From contig CAMYJA010000007.1 in the NCBI GenBank assembly GCA_947258705.1, forward strand, positions 211,695 to 275,694: a stretch of DNA of 64,000 nt, in the 5' to 3' direction. The notes beneath the pieces were generated by a model that made no database searches, was not told the DNA's origin, and saw only the letters and a program-made list of their open reading frames with translations. The stretch is from an uncultured Hyphomicrobiaceae bacterium. GTDB taxonomy: Bacteria; Pseudomonadota; Alphaproteobacteria; Rhizobiales; CAMYJA01. Made by a program: the position numbers and the translations under genes. This document shows positions 1 through 11,499 of the stretch, in pieces; the first letter of the stretch is position 1, and each line of letters begins with the position of its first letter.

Positions 1-525
1 GAGATCATTCCTGTCGAGGTTGTGGTCCGCAATATCGCCGCGGGATCCATCGCCAAACGGCTCGGCATTGACGAGGGCACGCGGCTGCCGCGATCCATCG
101 TGGAGTTTTATTACAAATCGGACGATCTCGACGATCCGATGGTCACGGATGAGCATATCACAGCGTTTGGCTGGGCCAATCCGCAGGAACTCGACGACAT
201 GATGGCTCTGGCTCTCAGGATCAACGATTTTCTGACGGGGCTTTTTCTGGGCATCGGCATTCGGCTTGTCGACTTCAAAATCGAGTTCGGACGCCTTGAG
301 GAAAACGACACCCTGCGGATCGTGCTGGCCGATGAAATCAGTCCCGATTGCTGCCGTCTGTGGGATATCGAAACGGATGAAAAGCTCGACAAGGATCTGT
401 TCCGCCGCGATATGGGCGGTCTTGTGGACGCTTATCAGGAAGTGGCGCAACGTCTCGGCATTCTGGCCGAAAGCCGTCCTGCCGCGGGTTCGGGGCCGGT
501 TCTCGTGACCGACAACTCAAACTGA
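1..525 (+). CDS. purC: Phosphoribosylaminoimidazole-succinocarboxamide synthase (5' end outside window)
   Basis: Open frame from base 1 ([11 protein letters not shown]); [23 protein letters not shown] and [10 protein letters not shown] motifs; precedes purS/Q/L. Confidence 0.97.
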   Translation, partial: EIIPVEVVVRNIAAGSIAKRLGIDEGTRLPRSIVEFYYKSDDLDDPMVTDEHITAFGWANPQELDDMMALALRINDFLTGLFLGIGIRLVDFKIEFGRLEENDTLRIVLADEISPDCCRLWDIETDEKLDKDLFRRDMGGLVDAYQEVAQRLGILAESRPAAGSGPVLVTDNSN

Positions 526-548
526 TCAGGCCAGGAGACCGGCCGACT

Positions 549-575
549 GGACAACGAGTGGGACAACGAGTGGGA
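549..575. repeat. 12-bp tandem duplication GGACAACGAGTG x2 just upstream of the purS RBS
   Basis: Copies at 549-560 and 561-572 plus a partial GGA. Confidence 0.9.
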
Positions 576-582
576 GAATGAC

Positions 583-828
583 ATGAAAGCTCGAATAAAA
601 GTTACGCTCAAGACGGGTGTGCTCGATCCTCAGGGCAAGGCCATCAAAAACGCACTGGGTGCGCTTGGATTTGAGGGCGTCGAGGATGTCCGGCAGGGCA
701 AGTTCATCGAGGTTGAACTCGACCAGTCCGACCCGGAAGCGGCGAAAACTGAGGTCGACCGGATGTGCCGCGACCTTCTCGCCAATATGGTCATCGAAGA
801 TTATGATTTTGAGATCGAGGCGGCGTAA
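583..828 (+). CDS. purS: FGAM synthase subunit PurS
   Basis: VLDPQG, VRQGK and LLANMVIEDY motifs; operon context. Confidence 0.97.
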   Translation: MKARIKVTLKTGVLDPQGKAIKNALGALGFEGVEDVRQGKFIEVELDQSDPEAAKTEVDRMCRDLLANMVIEDYDFEIEAA

Positions 829-831
829 GCG

Positions 832-1521
<690 letters not shown>

Positions 1522-1533
1522 GGGCATTGATCG

Positions 1534-3771
1534 ATGACAGAGGCCGCAATAGACATTGAAAAAGAAACAGGTTCCGCGATTACGCCGGAACTCGTGGCCG
1601 AGCACGGTCTGACGACGGACGAATATGACCGCCTGCTCGAAATTATCGGACGCGAACCGAGTGTCACGGAGCTCGGCATTTTCTCGGTTATGTGGTCCGA
1701 ACACTGCTCCTATAAATCATCGCGTTTCTGGCTGAAAAAGCTTCCCACGACCGGTCCGCAGGTCATTTGCGGCCCCGGCGAGAACGCAGGCGTCGTCGAT
1801 CTCGGCGATGGCGATGCGGCGATTTTCAAAATGGAAAGCCATAATCATCCCTCCTATATCGAACCCTATCAGGGGGCGGCCACGGGTGTCGGCGGCATCA
1901 TGCGCGATGTCTTCACAATGGGTGCGCGCCCCATAGCCAATATGAACGCGCTCAGATTCGGTTCGCCGGATCATCCGAAAACCAGGCATCTTGTCTCGGG
2001 AGTGGTCGCGGGTATCGGCGGATACGGCAATTGCATCGGCGTTCCCACTGTTGGCGGAGAGACCAATTTCGATGCGCGTTACAACGGTAATATTCTCGTC
2101 AACGCCATGTGCGTGGGGCTCGCGAAGACAGACAATATTTTCTATTCGGCCGCCAAGGGCGTCGGGTTGCCGGTGGTCTATGTCGGATCAAAAACCGGCC
2201 GCGACGGCATTCACGGCGCAACCATGGCATCGGCCGAGTTTGACGACGATACGGACGAGAAACGCCCGACGGTTCAGGTCGGCGACCCCTTCACCGAGAA
2301 ACTTCTAGTCGAGGCCTGTCTCGAGCTGATGGCAACGGACATGATCATTGCCATTCAGGACATGGGAGCCGCGGGGCTGACTTCCTCATCTGTCGAGATG
2401 GCGGACAAGGGCGGGGTCGGCTTCAACCTCGATCTCGACAAGGTTCCACAGCGCGAAGCCAATATGACGGCTTATGAAATGATGCTGTCCGAAAGCCAGG
2501 AACGCATGCTGATGGTTCTGCGCCCCGGCACCGAGCAGGCGGCAGAGGAGATCTTCAGGAAATGGGATCTCGATTTCGCAATTGTCGGCGAAACCACGGA
2601 TTCGGGCCGGCTCATCGTTTCGCATTCCTCTGAAGGCGGCGTCGTGGCCGACCTTCCCGTGGCGAAACTCGCCGATTCCGCGCCCGTCTATGAGCGCCCC
2701 TGGGTGAAGACGACTCCCCCCGAGACGCTCGATCCGAAAGATGTGAAAACCCCCGACAGCCTCCTTGGCGCACTCGCGCAGATGATGGGCTCGCCCCATC
2801 TCTGCTCAAGGCGCTGGATTTGGGAGCAATATGATCACATGGTGATGGCCGACACGGTGGCGCGGCCGGGCGGCGATGCCGCCATGGTCCGCGTGCACGG
2901 CACGAATAAGGGCCTTGCCATATCCTGCGATGTGACGCCGCGCTATACCCAGGCCGATCCTTATGAGGGCGGCAAGCAGGCAGTGACGGAATGTTGGCGC
3001 AACCTGACAGCTACAGGCGCCAAACCGCTCGCCATTACCGACTGTCTGAACTTCGGCAATCCGGAGCGGCCCGAGATCATGGGGCAGTTCGTCGGCGCCA
3101 TCGAGGGTATGGCTGAAGCCATTTCGGCACTCGACTTCCCGGTCGTCTCGGGCAATGTGTCGCTTTACAACGAAACCCAGGGCGAGGCCATTCCGCCCAC
3201 ACCCGCCATTGGCGGCATCGGCCTTATCGACGATGTAGCGAAACGGGCGAATATAGCTCTCACGGGTTCGGGCGACCGGCTGATCGTGATCGGTGCAAAC
3301 AAGGGACATCTCGGCCAGTCGATTTATCTCGATGTGATTGCGGAAGATGCAAAGGGCGCGCCGCCGCGCGTCAATCTGGCGGATGAAATCAAGGCCGGGA
3401 ACATGGTGCGCAGCCTTATTCATGCGGGCAAGGTCCGGGCCGTGCACGATGTCAGCGACGGCGGTCTTCTCGTCGCCATAGCGGAAATGGCCCTTGCCGG
3501 TGGCACCGGCGCCCATTTGAACGTTTATGAGGGCGATCTCCCGGCCCATGCCTTCTGGTTCGGGGAAGATCAGGGACGTTATGTTCTGGCCGTTCCAATG
3601 CAGAATGTGGACAGCATTCTCGATCAAGCCCGCGCGCTCGCCCTACCCGCCCTGAAAGTGGGACGGACCGGGGGCGACAAGCTCAGCATCGAGGAATCGG
3701 GCGGCATCGCCCTGTCTGAGCTTCGCGAAGCCCATGAAGGCTGGTTGCCAAACTACATGGAGATAAGCTAA
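1534..3771 (+). CDS. purL: FGAM synthase subunit PurL
   Basis: [20 protein letters not shown] and SESQERM motifs; 745 aa small-type PurL. Confidence 0.98.
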   Translation: MTEAAIDIEKETGSAITPELVAEHGLTTDEYDRLLEIIGREPSVTELGIFSVMWSEHCSYKSSRFWLKKLPTTGPQVICGPGENAGVVDLGDGDAAIFKMESHNHPSYIEPYQGAATGVGGIMRDVFTMGARPIANMNALRFGSPDHPKTRHLVSGVVAGIGGYGNCIGVPTVGGETNFDARYNGNILVNAMCVGLAKTDNIFYSAAKGVGLPVVYVGSKTGRDGIHGATMASAEFDDDTDEKRPTVQVGDPFTEKLLVEACLELMATDMIIAIQDMGAAGLTSSSVEMADKGGVGFNLDLDKVPQREANMTAYEMMLSESQERMLMVLRPGTEQAAEEIFRKWDLDFAIVGETTDSGRLIVSHSSEGGVVADLPVAKLADSAPVYERPWVKTTPPETLDPKDVKTPDSLLGALAQMMGSPHLCSRRWIWEQYDHMVMADTVARPGGDAAMVRVHGTNKGLAISCDVTPRYTQADPYEGGKQAVTECWRNLTATGAKPLAITDCLNFGNPERPEIMGQFVGAIEGMAEAISALDFPVVSGNVSLYNETQGEAIPPTPAIGGIGLIDDVAKRANIALTGSGDRLIVIGANKGHLGQSIYLDVIAEDAKGAPPRVNLADEIKAGNMVRSLIHAGKVRAVHDVSDGGLLVAIAEMALAGGTGAHLNVYEGDLPAHAFWFGEDQGRYVLAVPMQNVDSILDQARALALPALKVGRTGGDKLSIEESGGIALSELREAHEGWLPNYMEIS

Positions 3772-3946
3772 TGAATTCATATATGTTGATTTGTGAATGA
3801 ATTTGGCTTGAAACCCGGCCTATTATAAGCAGCCCGGTGTTCCCAATGCGTTCGCTGCGGCATGACAGGGCTTGTATTTTTGGCCCTTCGAACCCAGATT
3901 TTGAACAGATTACGTCTCATTTCACCAAGCGGAGTAGAATACAGTC

Positions 3947-4186
3947 ATGCCAATGGAAGCGTCGGAAATCGAACGTCTCATCAAGGCAAAACTGCCGGAT
4001 GCCCAGATTGTCCTTCAGGACACACGCGGCGACGGCGATCACTATTCGGCGAATATCGTGTCGGAAGCCTTTCGCGGCAAATCGCGTGTTCAGCAGCACC
4101 AAATGGTTTACGAGGCGCTTGAAGGGCGCATGGGCGGCGTGCTGCATGCACTCGCCTTGCAGACATCAGCGCCGGAAAATAATTAG
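3947..4186 (+). CDS. bolA: BolA family protein
   Basis: GDGDHY, F.GKSRVQQHQMVY and LHALALQT motifs; adjacent to grxD. Confidence 0.93.
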   Translation: MPMEASEIERLIKAKLPDAQIVLQDTRGDGDHYSANIVSEAFRGKSRVQQHQMVYEALEGRMGGVLHALALQTSAPENN

Positions 4187-4271
4187 CCTTGTCAAATAAT
4201 CTGTCTTATCAATAAATTCGATTATTAAATTTCCCCCTCCCCTCACCCGGGGCTCAATACGGAGTAAAGAA

Positions 4272-4631
4272 ATGTCAGAACCGACAGAACAGAATGTGCA
4301 GGACTGGATCCGCAAACAGGTTGCCAATAACGATGTGGTCCTTTTCATGAAGGGCAACAAGAATTTTCCGCAATGCGGATTTTCCAGCCAGGTCGCGCAG
4401 ATCCTCGGCCATCTCGGCGTCACGTATGAAGATGTCAATGTGCTCGAAGACATGAGTGTCCGCGACGGCGTCAAGGCGTTTTCGAACTGGCCGACCATTC
4501 CTCAACTTTATGTCAAAGGCGAGTTTGTCGGCGGCTGCGACATCGTTACGGAAATGTTTCAGGCCGGTGAGCTGCAGCAGCATTTGACCGAGAAGGGCGT
4601 TCCCTTCCAGTCCGCGGCGTCGAACGCCTGA
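4272..4631 (+). CDS. grxD: Monothiol glutaredoxin Grx4
   Basis: CGFS active site, WPTIPQLY and GGCDI motifs. Confidence 0.97.
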   Translation: MSEPTEQNVQDWIRKQVANNDVVLFMKGNKNFPQCGFSSQVAQILGHLGVTYEDVNVLEDMSVRDGVKAFSNWPTIPQLYVKGEFVGGCDIVTEMFQAGELQQHLTEKGVPFQSAASNA

Positions 4632-4734
4632 TTGCGCATCATTTTCGGCTTGATCTCGGCGCCTGACGACTTGGCGCTGTGCCGCCCGTCGGCCATCCGG
4701 CGGCTGCGGCCCTTGTTAGCAAGGAAGGCAGAAC

Positions 4735-5247
4735 ATGAGAAGCATGTCCGTGGGTGGCCGTAAATTTCTTCTCAGCCTGATCATTGTTGCCGCATCCGTC
4801 TGCCTTGTCCTGGGGCTGATACTGCCCATAGTGAAGCTCTCCCAATTCTATGTGTTGACCGACGAACATTCGCTGATCTCGATCGTGCGCGCCCTGTATC
4901 AGGACGGGGAGATTTTTCTCAGCGCCATCATCATGATTTTCTCGATTGTCATACCGATTTTGAAAATCGTCTACCTGCTTGCCGTCGCGACAATCCCGGA
5001 AGGCGATGACATGGGGCGGAACAGGATGCTGCATCGCATGGAATGGCTCGGCAAGTGGTCGATGCTCGACGTTCTGGTCCTGGCCCTGATGATTTTTTAC
5101 ATCAAATCGTCCGGCATCGCGGATGCCTCATCGCAACCGGGCATCTATCTCTTTTTCAGCGCCGTGCTGCTGACAATGCTCGCCCATGGCTGGGTCAAAG
5201 GGCCCGAGGTATCAAAAACCAGGGACGATCAGGGCGGTAATCCTTAA
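4735..5247 (+). CDS. Paraquat-inducible protein A (PqiA) family membrane protein
   Basis: FSIVIPILK and LGKWSMLDV motifs; four hydrophobic segments. Confidence 0.85.
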   Translation: MRSMSVGGRKFLLSLIIVAASVCLVLGLILPIVKLSQFYVLTDEHSLISIVRALYQDGEIFLSAIIMIFSIVIPILKIVYLLAVATIPEGDDMGRNRMLHRMEWLGKWSMLDVLVLALMIFYIKSSGIADASSQPGIYLFFSAVLLTMLAHGWVKGPEVSKTRDDQGGNP

Positions 5248-5275
5248 ACGGCCGGGCTCGGGAATTGTGCGATAC

Positions 5276-6406
5276 ATGGCGGCACTCGAGACATTCATTC
5301 GCGTCACTAGGCCCTATCTTCTTCACGCGTGCCTATTGGAAATCCTGTTCAGCACCCTTGTCGTGTTGTATGTCCAGTCCCAACCGGCCCATTCCGATGA
5401 CGACTGGGCCCGGCACGCGCTTGAGCGCAGCCTGCATCCGCCCATCGGGCTACCCGAGTTGAAAGTCCCGAAAAGCGACCCCCTCACTGCGGCAAAAATC
5501 GGCCTGGGCGCCAAGCTTTTCTTTGACGACCGCCTGTCACGCGACAATTCCATGTCCTGCGCCTCTTGTCATGTTCCCGAACAGGGCTTTACCAGCAATG
5601 ACACGCCCACTGCCACGGGAGTTGGGGGCCGTGCTCTGCGCCGAAACGCGCCGAGCCTTTTCAATGTCGGTTATATGAAACGCCTGTTTCATGACGGACG
5701 CGAGGGGGACCTTTCCGCTCAGGTCTGGGGGCCTCTCCTTTCACCGCTGGAAATGGCCAATGCGTCGCCCTCGGAAATCATTGCCAGGATCAATAGCCTC
5801 AGGGACTATCGCGGTCTCTTTCAAACGGCCTATGGCCGCCCCGCAGACGCACGCAATCTCGGTCAGGCCCTGGCCGCCTATCAGCGCAGCCTGCTGTCGG
5901 CGAATGCGCCCTTCGACCGCTGGCGGCTTTTTGGTGAGGCGGACGCGATGCCATTGAGCGCCAGGCGCGGATTTTCACTGTTCACGGGAAAGGGCGGTTG
6001 CGCCCGGTGTCACACTGTCGAGGATGGTTATGCGCTTTTTACCGATCATCAGTATTACAATACCGGCATCGGTGCACAGTCGGCCGCGGGCGGTGGCGCT
6101 ATGGGCGATTTAGGCCGGATGGCGGTCAGCCGGGACCTCGCGGACATCTACCGCTTCAAGACGCCGGGCTTACGCAACGTCGCCCTCACCGCACCCTATA
6201 TGCATGATGGCTCGATCGCCACTCTCAAGGATGCGGTCAGGTTTTACAACAGGGGAGGTGCCGCCAATCCCGGTCTGCACGCCTCGATCAAGCCGCTTGG
6301 GCTCAACGATCGGGAGATCGACGATCTCGTCGCCTTTCTCCAGGCGCTGACGGGCAGCAATGTCGATGCGCTTATATCAGAGGCCCGCAATGCGTTTGAC
6401 CGCTAG
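5276..6406 (+). CDS. Di-heme cytochrome c peroxidase / MauG family protein
   Basis: Two CxxCH motifs (CASCH, CARCH); LFFD.RLS, RNAPS and FKTPGLRNVALTAPYMHDGS motifs; start uncertain (ORF opens at 5186). Confidence 0.9.
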   Translation: MAALETFIRVTRPYLLHACLLEILFSTLVVLYVQSQPAHSDDDWARHALERSLHPPIGLPELKVPKSDPLTAAKIGLGAKLFFDDRLSRDNSMSCASCHVPEQGFTSNDTPTATGVGGRALRRNAPSLFNVGYMKRLFHDGREGDLSAQVWGPLLSPLEMANASPSEIIARINSLRDYRGLFQTAYGRPADARNLGQALAAYQRSLLSANAPFDRWRLFGEADAMPLSARRGFSLFTGKGGCARCHTVEDGYALFTDHQYYNTGIGAQSAAGGGAMGDLGRMAVSRDLADIYRFKTPGLRNVALTAPYMHDGSIATLKDAVRFYNRGGAANPGLHASIKPLGLNDREIDDLVAFLQALTGSNVDALISEARNAFDR

Positions 6407-6421
6407 CGCGCAATCCGCACG

Positions 6422-7039
6422 TTAGCGCGAGTAAAACTCGATCACCAGATTGGGTTCCATATGGACCGGATAGGGTACATCGGAGAGGACGGGCGTGCGG
6501 ACGAATTTGGCGTTCATCTTGCTATGGTCGGCATCGATATATTCCGGCACTTCCCGCTCCGGCGATTGCGAGCCCTCGATGACGAGCGCCAGGTCGCGCG
6601 ACTTTTCCTTGACCTCGATGACGTCGCCTTCCTTGCAACGGTAGCTCGGAATATTGACCCGTGTGCCATTGACCTTGACGTGGCCATGATTGACGAACTG
6701 GCGGGCCGCGAAAACCGTCGGGACAAATTTTGCGCGGTAAACGATCGCGTCGAGGCGGCGTTCCAGAAGGCCGATGAGATTTTCCGACGTATCGCCCTTG
6801 ATACGCTCGGCTTCCTTGTAAATGGCCTTGAACTGTTTTTCGCTGATATTGCCGTAATAGCCCTTGAGCTTTTGTTTGGCGCGCAATTGCAGGCCAAAAT
6901 CCGATAATTTGCTGCGCCGGCGCTGGCCGTGCTGGCCGGGACCGTAATCGCGCTTGTTGACGGGGCTTTTCGGACGCCCCCAGATGTTCTCGCCCATGCG
7001 GCGGTCGATTTTATATTTTGCGTTCAGGCGCTTGCCCAT
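6422..7039 (-). CDS. rpsD: 30S ribosomal protein S4
   Basis: PGQHG, LERRLD and ARQFVNHGH motifs. Confidence 0.99.
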   Translation of the reverse strand: MGKRLNAKYKIDRRMGENIWGRPKSPVNKRDYGPGQHGQRRRSKLSDFGLQLRAKQKLKGYYGNISEKQFKAIYKEAERIKGDTSENLIGLLERRLDAIVYRAKFVPTVFAARQFVNHGHVKVNGTRVNIPSYRCKEGDVIEVKEKSRDLALVIEGSQSPEREVPEYIDADHSKMNAKFVRTPVLSDVPYPVHMEPNLVIEFYSR

Positions 7040-7241
7040 TTTTCACTGCTCCGTATCGGAAATGATGTAACGATCAATATGAAGCATGCCCTCCTCTCTC
7101 CAGTGCTCCCCTGAAAATTCGGGACCAACGGGAATGACAGGCCGCGTGCGCAGAAATCCAGATTCTTTCGAAAATTCCTTTGCCGCGAGCCGCAGGCACA
7201 CAAAAGCAATTGCGGGCCGATTGGGGCCCGCAAGTGCTCGT

Positions 7242-7270
7242 CTTATGAGCGATATGGCCCCCTCTGTCAA
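7242..7270 (-). promoter_or_regulatory. Sigma70-type promoter for rpsD (TTGACA-N17-CATAAG)
   Basis: Minus strand: perfect -35 at 7270-7265, 17-nt spacer, -10-like CATAAG at 7247-7242. Confidence 0.6.
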
Positions 7271-7347
7271 TGGCCGCGCTCAATTATTCGCAGGGTTGAA
7301 CAGAGCTGGTCACGCCCTGCCCTTTATGAACGGCCAGAGTGACGCGT

Positions 7348-7986
7348 TCAGGATGGTTTTTTGAGGGAATTCAGATAGGCCTCGATCTGTTCCTCGACCT
7401 TTTTTCTCTGTATTTCGGTGCAGGTCTTCTTGTTGGCCGGTGCGCGCTCATTCACGACCACTTCCTTCTCGCCTTCATTCTCGGTGACCTTAACGTTACC
7501 GGTCAGCCACATCACCGTGAAAAGGTGCAATTGGCTGATATACAGAAGCTGCTGATCGGTCCATTTTTTCTTGTCGACCTCAACGCGCATCATGCCGCGG
7601 TAATTGGCGGCCTGCGCCTCGATCAATTTGCAGATCTGGGCATGGGCGGACAGGCGCGCCACCTGTATGACGTTGCGCGCTACATCCGTCGGAACCATGA
7701 CGTCCTTGGGCTTTTTCTTGTCCACCTCGATCACTTTTCCGGTCTGGGTGGTGAATTTGCTGGGAAGGATTGACCAGGCATAGTTCATCAATACCTTGAC
7801 CGAGCGCTCGGACAGTTCCTTGGCCTCGGCAAATTGCGCCGTCCCGACCATCACAGTAAACATCATGGTGCCGGCCAAAACAGCAGGCACTGCTATTTTA
7901 TTTAATTTTTTCAACAAGTTACTTATCTCACTCGTCCCCGATAATTTCAGCGTCATCATACATTGCCGCATTACAAAAACAATCAT
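7348..7986 (-). CDS. Hypothetical exported protein
   Basis: 212-aa ORF with a signal-peptide-like segment (AVLAGTMMFTVMVGTAQFAEA); true start probably downstream of 7986. Confidence 0.7.
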   Translation of the reverse strand: MIVFVMRQCMMTLKLSGTSEISNLLKKLNKIAVPAVLAGTMMFTVMVGTAQFAEAKELSERSVKVLMNYAWSILPSKFTTQTGKVIEVDKKKPKDVMVPTDVARNVIQVARLSAHAQICKLIEAQAANYRGMMRVEVDKKKWTDQQLLYISQLHLFTVMWLTGNVKVTENEGEKEVVVNERAPANKKTCTEIQRKKVEEQIEAYLNSLKKPS

Positions 7987-8070
7987 TTTTCAGCCCCTAG
8001 AATTATCTATCGCAACGCTATCATTGATTGATGCAATCGCAAGATGAAAATCACGGCATAACTAAGGCGA

Positions 8071-8877
8071 TTAATCCTGGCCACCATCTTTTCTGTGGGC
8101 ACGTGTCAACGACGCGACAATCCCACGCAGGGTTCTGACTTCCTGTTCCGTCGCACCAATGCGGCTGAACAGGGCTCTTATGTTTCTCACCATGATTGGG
8201 CGTTTTTCAGGCGGGCGCAAAAAACCCGAATTATCCAGCTCTTTTTCAAGATGCCCGAAAAAACCGATCAATTCCTCCTTCGTGGCCGGGCGCGACGCGC
8301 GCCGGTTCAAACCTTCGCGGGCCGGACCGTCAAAAGCCGTTTCGCGGCCAAGCGACGCTGCGCCAATTGCCTTGCGCCATTCATAGCCGATCAGCAAAAC
8401 CGCCTGGGCGAGATTGAGCGATGCATGGGCCGGATTGACGGGGGCCATGATGACGGCATCGGCAAGCGCGATATCGTCATTGGTGAGCCCTGCCTGCTCG
8501 CGGCCGAACAGAATACCGCAGCTATCTGCATATTCAGAACGGTCCGTGACCTCCCGGGCCCAGCTTTCGGGCGAAAGAACGGGTATGGTCATGTCCCGTG
8601 GCCGCGCCGTCGTCGCATAGAGGTGGTTGATGTCTGCAACCGCTGCTTCGGTACTCTCGAACAGCTTTGCATCCTCAACAATCCGGTGGGCATTCGCAGC
8701 CGCGGAGAGCGCCTTTTCATTGGGCCAGCCATCGCGCGGATTAACGATACGAAGCTCGTCCAAATCGAAATTCGACATGGCGCGGGCTGCGGTACCGATA
8801 TTCTCGCCAAGCTGCGGCTCGATGAGAATTATGGCCGGTGCCCGGCGAACGTCGCGCGGGCCTGATGCATTATCCAA
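8071..8877 (-). CDS. trmJ: tRNA/rRNA methyltransferase, TrmJ/LasT (SPOUT) family
   Basis: PQLGENIGTAARAM, LFGREQAGL and SLNLAQAV motifs. Confidence 0.9.
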   Translation of the reverse strand: MDNASGPRDVRRAPAIILIEPQLGENIGTAARAMSNFDLDELRIVNPRDGWPNEKALSAAANAHRIVEDAKLFESTEAAVADINHLYATTARPRDMTIPVLSPESWAREVTDRSEYADSCGILFGREQAGLTNDDIALADAVIMAPVNPAHASLNLAQAVLLIGYEWRKAIGAASLGRETAFDGPAREGLNRRASRPATKEELIGFFGHLEKELDNSGFLRPPEKRPIMVRNIRALFSRIGATEQEVRTLRGIVASLTRAHRKDGGQD

Positions 8878-9017
8878 TTGTTTCGCTCTCCAGAATTGCG
8901 GACGGGTCTATCTCTGCCTTACCCCCATCAACCACTTGCGTTCAAGCGGCAGGAGGTTATTGTGCCGTAAATTTTTACCCGGCAGATTTTTAACAAATAA
9001 ACATTCAGGGCGTTTAA

Positions 9018-10235
9018 ATGAGCAAGATCAAAGTCGACAATCCCGTTGTCGAACTCGATGGTGATGAAATGACACGCATCATCTGGCATCTCATCAAAGA
9101 CAAACTCATCCATCCCTATCTCGATATTGATCTTGAATATTACGATCTGTCGATTCAGAAAAGGGATGAAACGGACGATCAAATCACTGTCGATGCGGCC
9201 GAAGCCATCAAAAAGCACGGCGTCGGGGTGAAATGCGCGACAATCACGCCGGATGAGGCCAGGGTCGAGGAATTCGGGCTGAAGGAAATGTGGCGCTCGC
9301 CCAATGGCACCATCCGGAATATTCTCGGCGGCGTCGTTTTTCGCGAACCTATCATCTGCACGAACGTTCCGCGCCTGGTGCCGGGCTGGACCCAACCGAT
9401 TGTGATCGGCCGCCATGCTTATGGCGATCAGTACCGCGCCACCGATTTTGTCGTGCCGGGTCCCGGACGGCTGACGATGAGCTATGAAGGCGATGACGGC
9501 ACCAAAATCGAAAAAGAGATCTTCCAGTTTCCAGGCGGCGGCGTCGCCATGGGCATGTACAATCTCGATGACAGTATCCGCGATTTCGCCCGCGCCTGCC
9601 TGAATTTCGGACTTGCCCGCGGCTATCCGGTCTACCTTTCCACCAAAAACACCATCCTCAAAGCCTATGACGGCCGGTTCAAGGATCTCTTTCAGGAGGT
9701 TTTCGACGACGAGTTCAAAGCCGCCTTCGAGGCCAAGGAGATCACATATGAGCATCGCCTGATCGACGACATGGTGGCGGCGGCGATGAAATGGTCTGGC
9801 GGTTTCGTCTGGGCCTGCAAGAATTATGACGGTGATGTGCAGTCGGATACTGTGGCGCAGGGCTTTGGTTCGCTCGGCCTGATGTCGAGCCAGCTGATGA
9901 CGCCGGACGGCAGGATTGTCGAGGCGGAGGCCGCGCACGGCACGGTTACGCGCCATTACCGCATGCACGAAAAGGGCGAGGAGACCTCGACCAATTCCAC
10001 CGCTTCGATTTTTGCCTGGACGCGCGGCCTCAAGCATCGCGCCACGCTCGATCAGAATGCCGATCTGGCGAAGTTCGCCCAGACGCTTGAAGACGTGGTC
10101 ATCGGCACGATCGAGGCCGGAGACATGACCAAGGATCTGGCCCTTCTCGTCGGGCCCGAGCAGAAATGGCAGTCGACGACGGGCTTTCTCGACAAGATCG
10201 ACGAGAATTTGCAGAAAGTCATGGCGGAAGCCTGA
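9018..10235 (+). CDS. icd: NADP-dependent isocitrate dehydrogenase
   Basis: [31 protein letters not shown] and [11 protein letters not shown] motifs. Confidence 0.98.
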   Translation: MSKIKVDNPVVELDGDEMTRIIWHLIKDKLIHPYLDIDLEYYDLSIQKRDETDDQITVDAAEAIKKHGVGVKCATITPDEARVEEFGLKEMWRSPNGTIRNILGGVVFREPIICTNVPRLVPGWTQPIVIGRHAYGDQYRATDFVVPGPGRLTMSYEGDDGTKIEKEIFQFPGGGVAMGMYNLDDSIRDFARACLNFGLARGYPVYLSTKNTILKAYDGRFKDLFQEVFDDEFKAAFEAKEITYEHRLIDDMVAAAMKWSGGFVWACKNYDGDVQSDTVAQGFGSLGLMSSQLMTPDGRIVEAEAAHGTVTRHYRMHEKGEETSTNSTASIFAWTRGLKHRATLDQNADLAKFAQTLEDVVIGTIEAGDMTKDLALLVGPEQKWQSTTGFLDKIDENLQKVMAEA

Positions 10236-10275
10236 ACGGGGCGCTCCGCCTTCCCCGCTCAGCCGCCTTAACAGC

Positions 10276-11499
10276 TCAGTTGTCGATGAGTTGGGCGCGC
10301 TTGCGCGCGGTTTCCCTGACGCGCCTGGAGATTTCGGGATGTTGCGCGCAGAGCCTGATAAAATCGTCGCGGTCAAGCAGAAGCAGGCGGCAGATTGAGC
10401 GCGTCCGTACAGGATGCAGATGGTCTCGATCTTCAATCAGCGCCATCTCGCCAAAAAATTCACCATCTGAAAGATGTCTCGTGCCTTTGTTGGTGTCGAT
10501 TTCCACCTCGCCGGAGGAAATGAAATACATTGTATCGGCCGGCGCGCCCTCGCGGACAACCGTCTGGTTAGGCCGGTAAGTCTGGGCGTAAAGCAGCGTC
10601 ATGATCTCGGCGATCGCCTGCGCGTCCAGGCCCTTGAACAGGGGTACGCGCGCGACCAGCCCCCAGCTGACCAGAAAATCCCTCCTGTTCGACTCCTGAG
10701 CAAAACCGGTGGCGATTATACCGATCGGCAGTGCGAACACACCGATCCCGAAGATCATGTAAATGCCGCCGAACAAGCGTCCCCAGGGGGTGATGGGAAC
10801 GACATCACCGTAACCGACCGTGGTCAATGTTGCTATGGACCACCACATGGCCTGAAACATGTTTCCGAATTTATCGGGCTGTGCCGCGCTCTCGATAAAA
10901 TATATACCGGCCGCTCCGAGCGTTATGAGCGAGAGCATGATGACAAGCGCGCCCGTGAGCGCACGGGCCTCGTTTTTTACGACCGTTGCGAGAGCGTGCA
11001 GTGCCGGCGAGTATCTCAAGAGTTTGAAAAAACGCAACAGGCGGAAAACGCGCAGCACCCTGAGATCAATGGGTAAGAGGAAACTCAGGTAGAATGGCGC
11101 GATGACCAGAAGATCGATGATCTGGAGCGGTCTTAGCGCATATTCAAGCCGTGCCCTGGTATTCGATTTGTCATTGAGGAAGGGCAGCTCGATGCAGGAC
11201 CAGATACGGGCGGCATATTCGATCGAAAAGACGATGACCGAAAAGAGATTGAAGCGTTCGAACCAGATCCCGTAAGCAGCGTTTAAGTCGGTTACGGTTG
11301 CCGCCGCGAATGCGATGACGTTCAAGACGATCAGAAATATGAGCGATATATTGACCAGATTTGAGAACGGATCATGGCCCAGCCCAAGCTCGAGAATATC
11401 GTGAACGCGGCGGCGGAGAGAGAACTCATTTAGGGTTTTGGGCATTCCGGTCTCAGTGTGTTGCATCCCATGATCGTTGACGGAACCATGGTTTGTCAA
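10276..11499 (-). CDS. Cyclic-nucleotide-gated potassium channel
   Basis: S4-like [24 protein letters not shown] selectivity filter, C-terminal cNMP domain (GEFFGEMAL); start uncertain. Confidence 0.92.
   Translation of the reverse strand: MTNHGSVNDHGMQHTETGMPKTLNEFSLRRRVHDILELGLGHDPFSNLVNISLIFLIVLNVIAFAAATVTDLNAAYGIWFERFNLFSVIVFSIEYAARIWSCIELPFLNDKSNTRARLEYALRPLQIIDLLVIAPFYLSFLLPIDLRVLRVFRLLRFFKLLRYSPALHALATVVKNEARALTGALVIMLSLITLGAAGIYFIESAAQPDKFGNMFQAMWWSIATLTTVGYGDVVPITPWGRLFGGIYMIFGIGVFALPIGIIATGFAQESNRRDFLVSWGLVARVPLFKGLDAQAIAEIMTLLYAQTYRPNQTVVREGAPADTMYFISSGEVEIDTNKGTRHLSDGEFFGEMALIEDRDHLHPVRTRSICRLLLLDRDDFIRLCAQHPEISRRVRETARKRAQLIDN

Noticed and set aside
8928-10436. 502-aa minus-strand ORF
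   Set aside because: It is the antisense shadow of icd, with no protein motifs; such shadows are expected in high-GC coding DNA.
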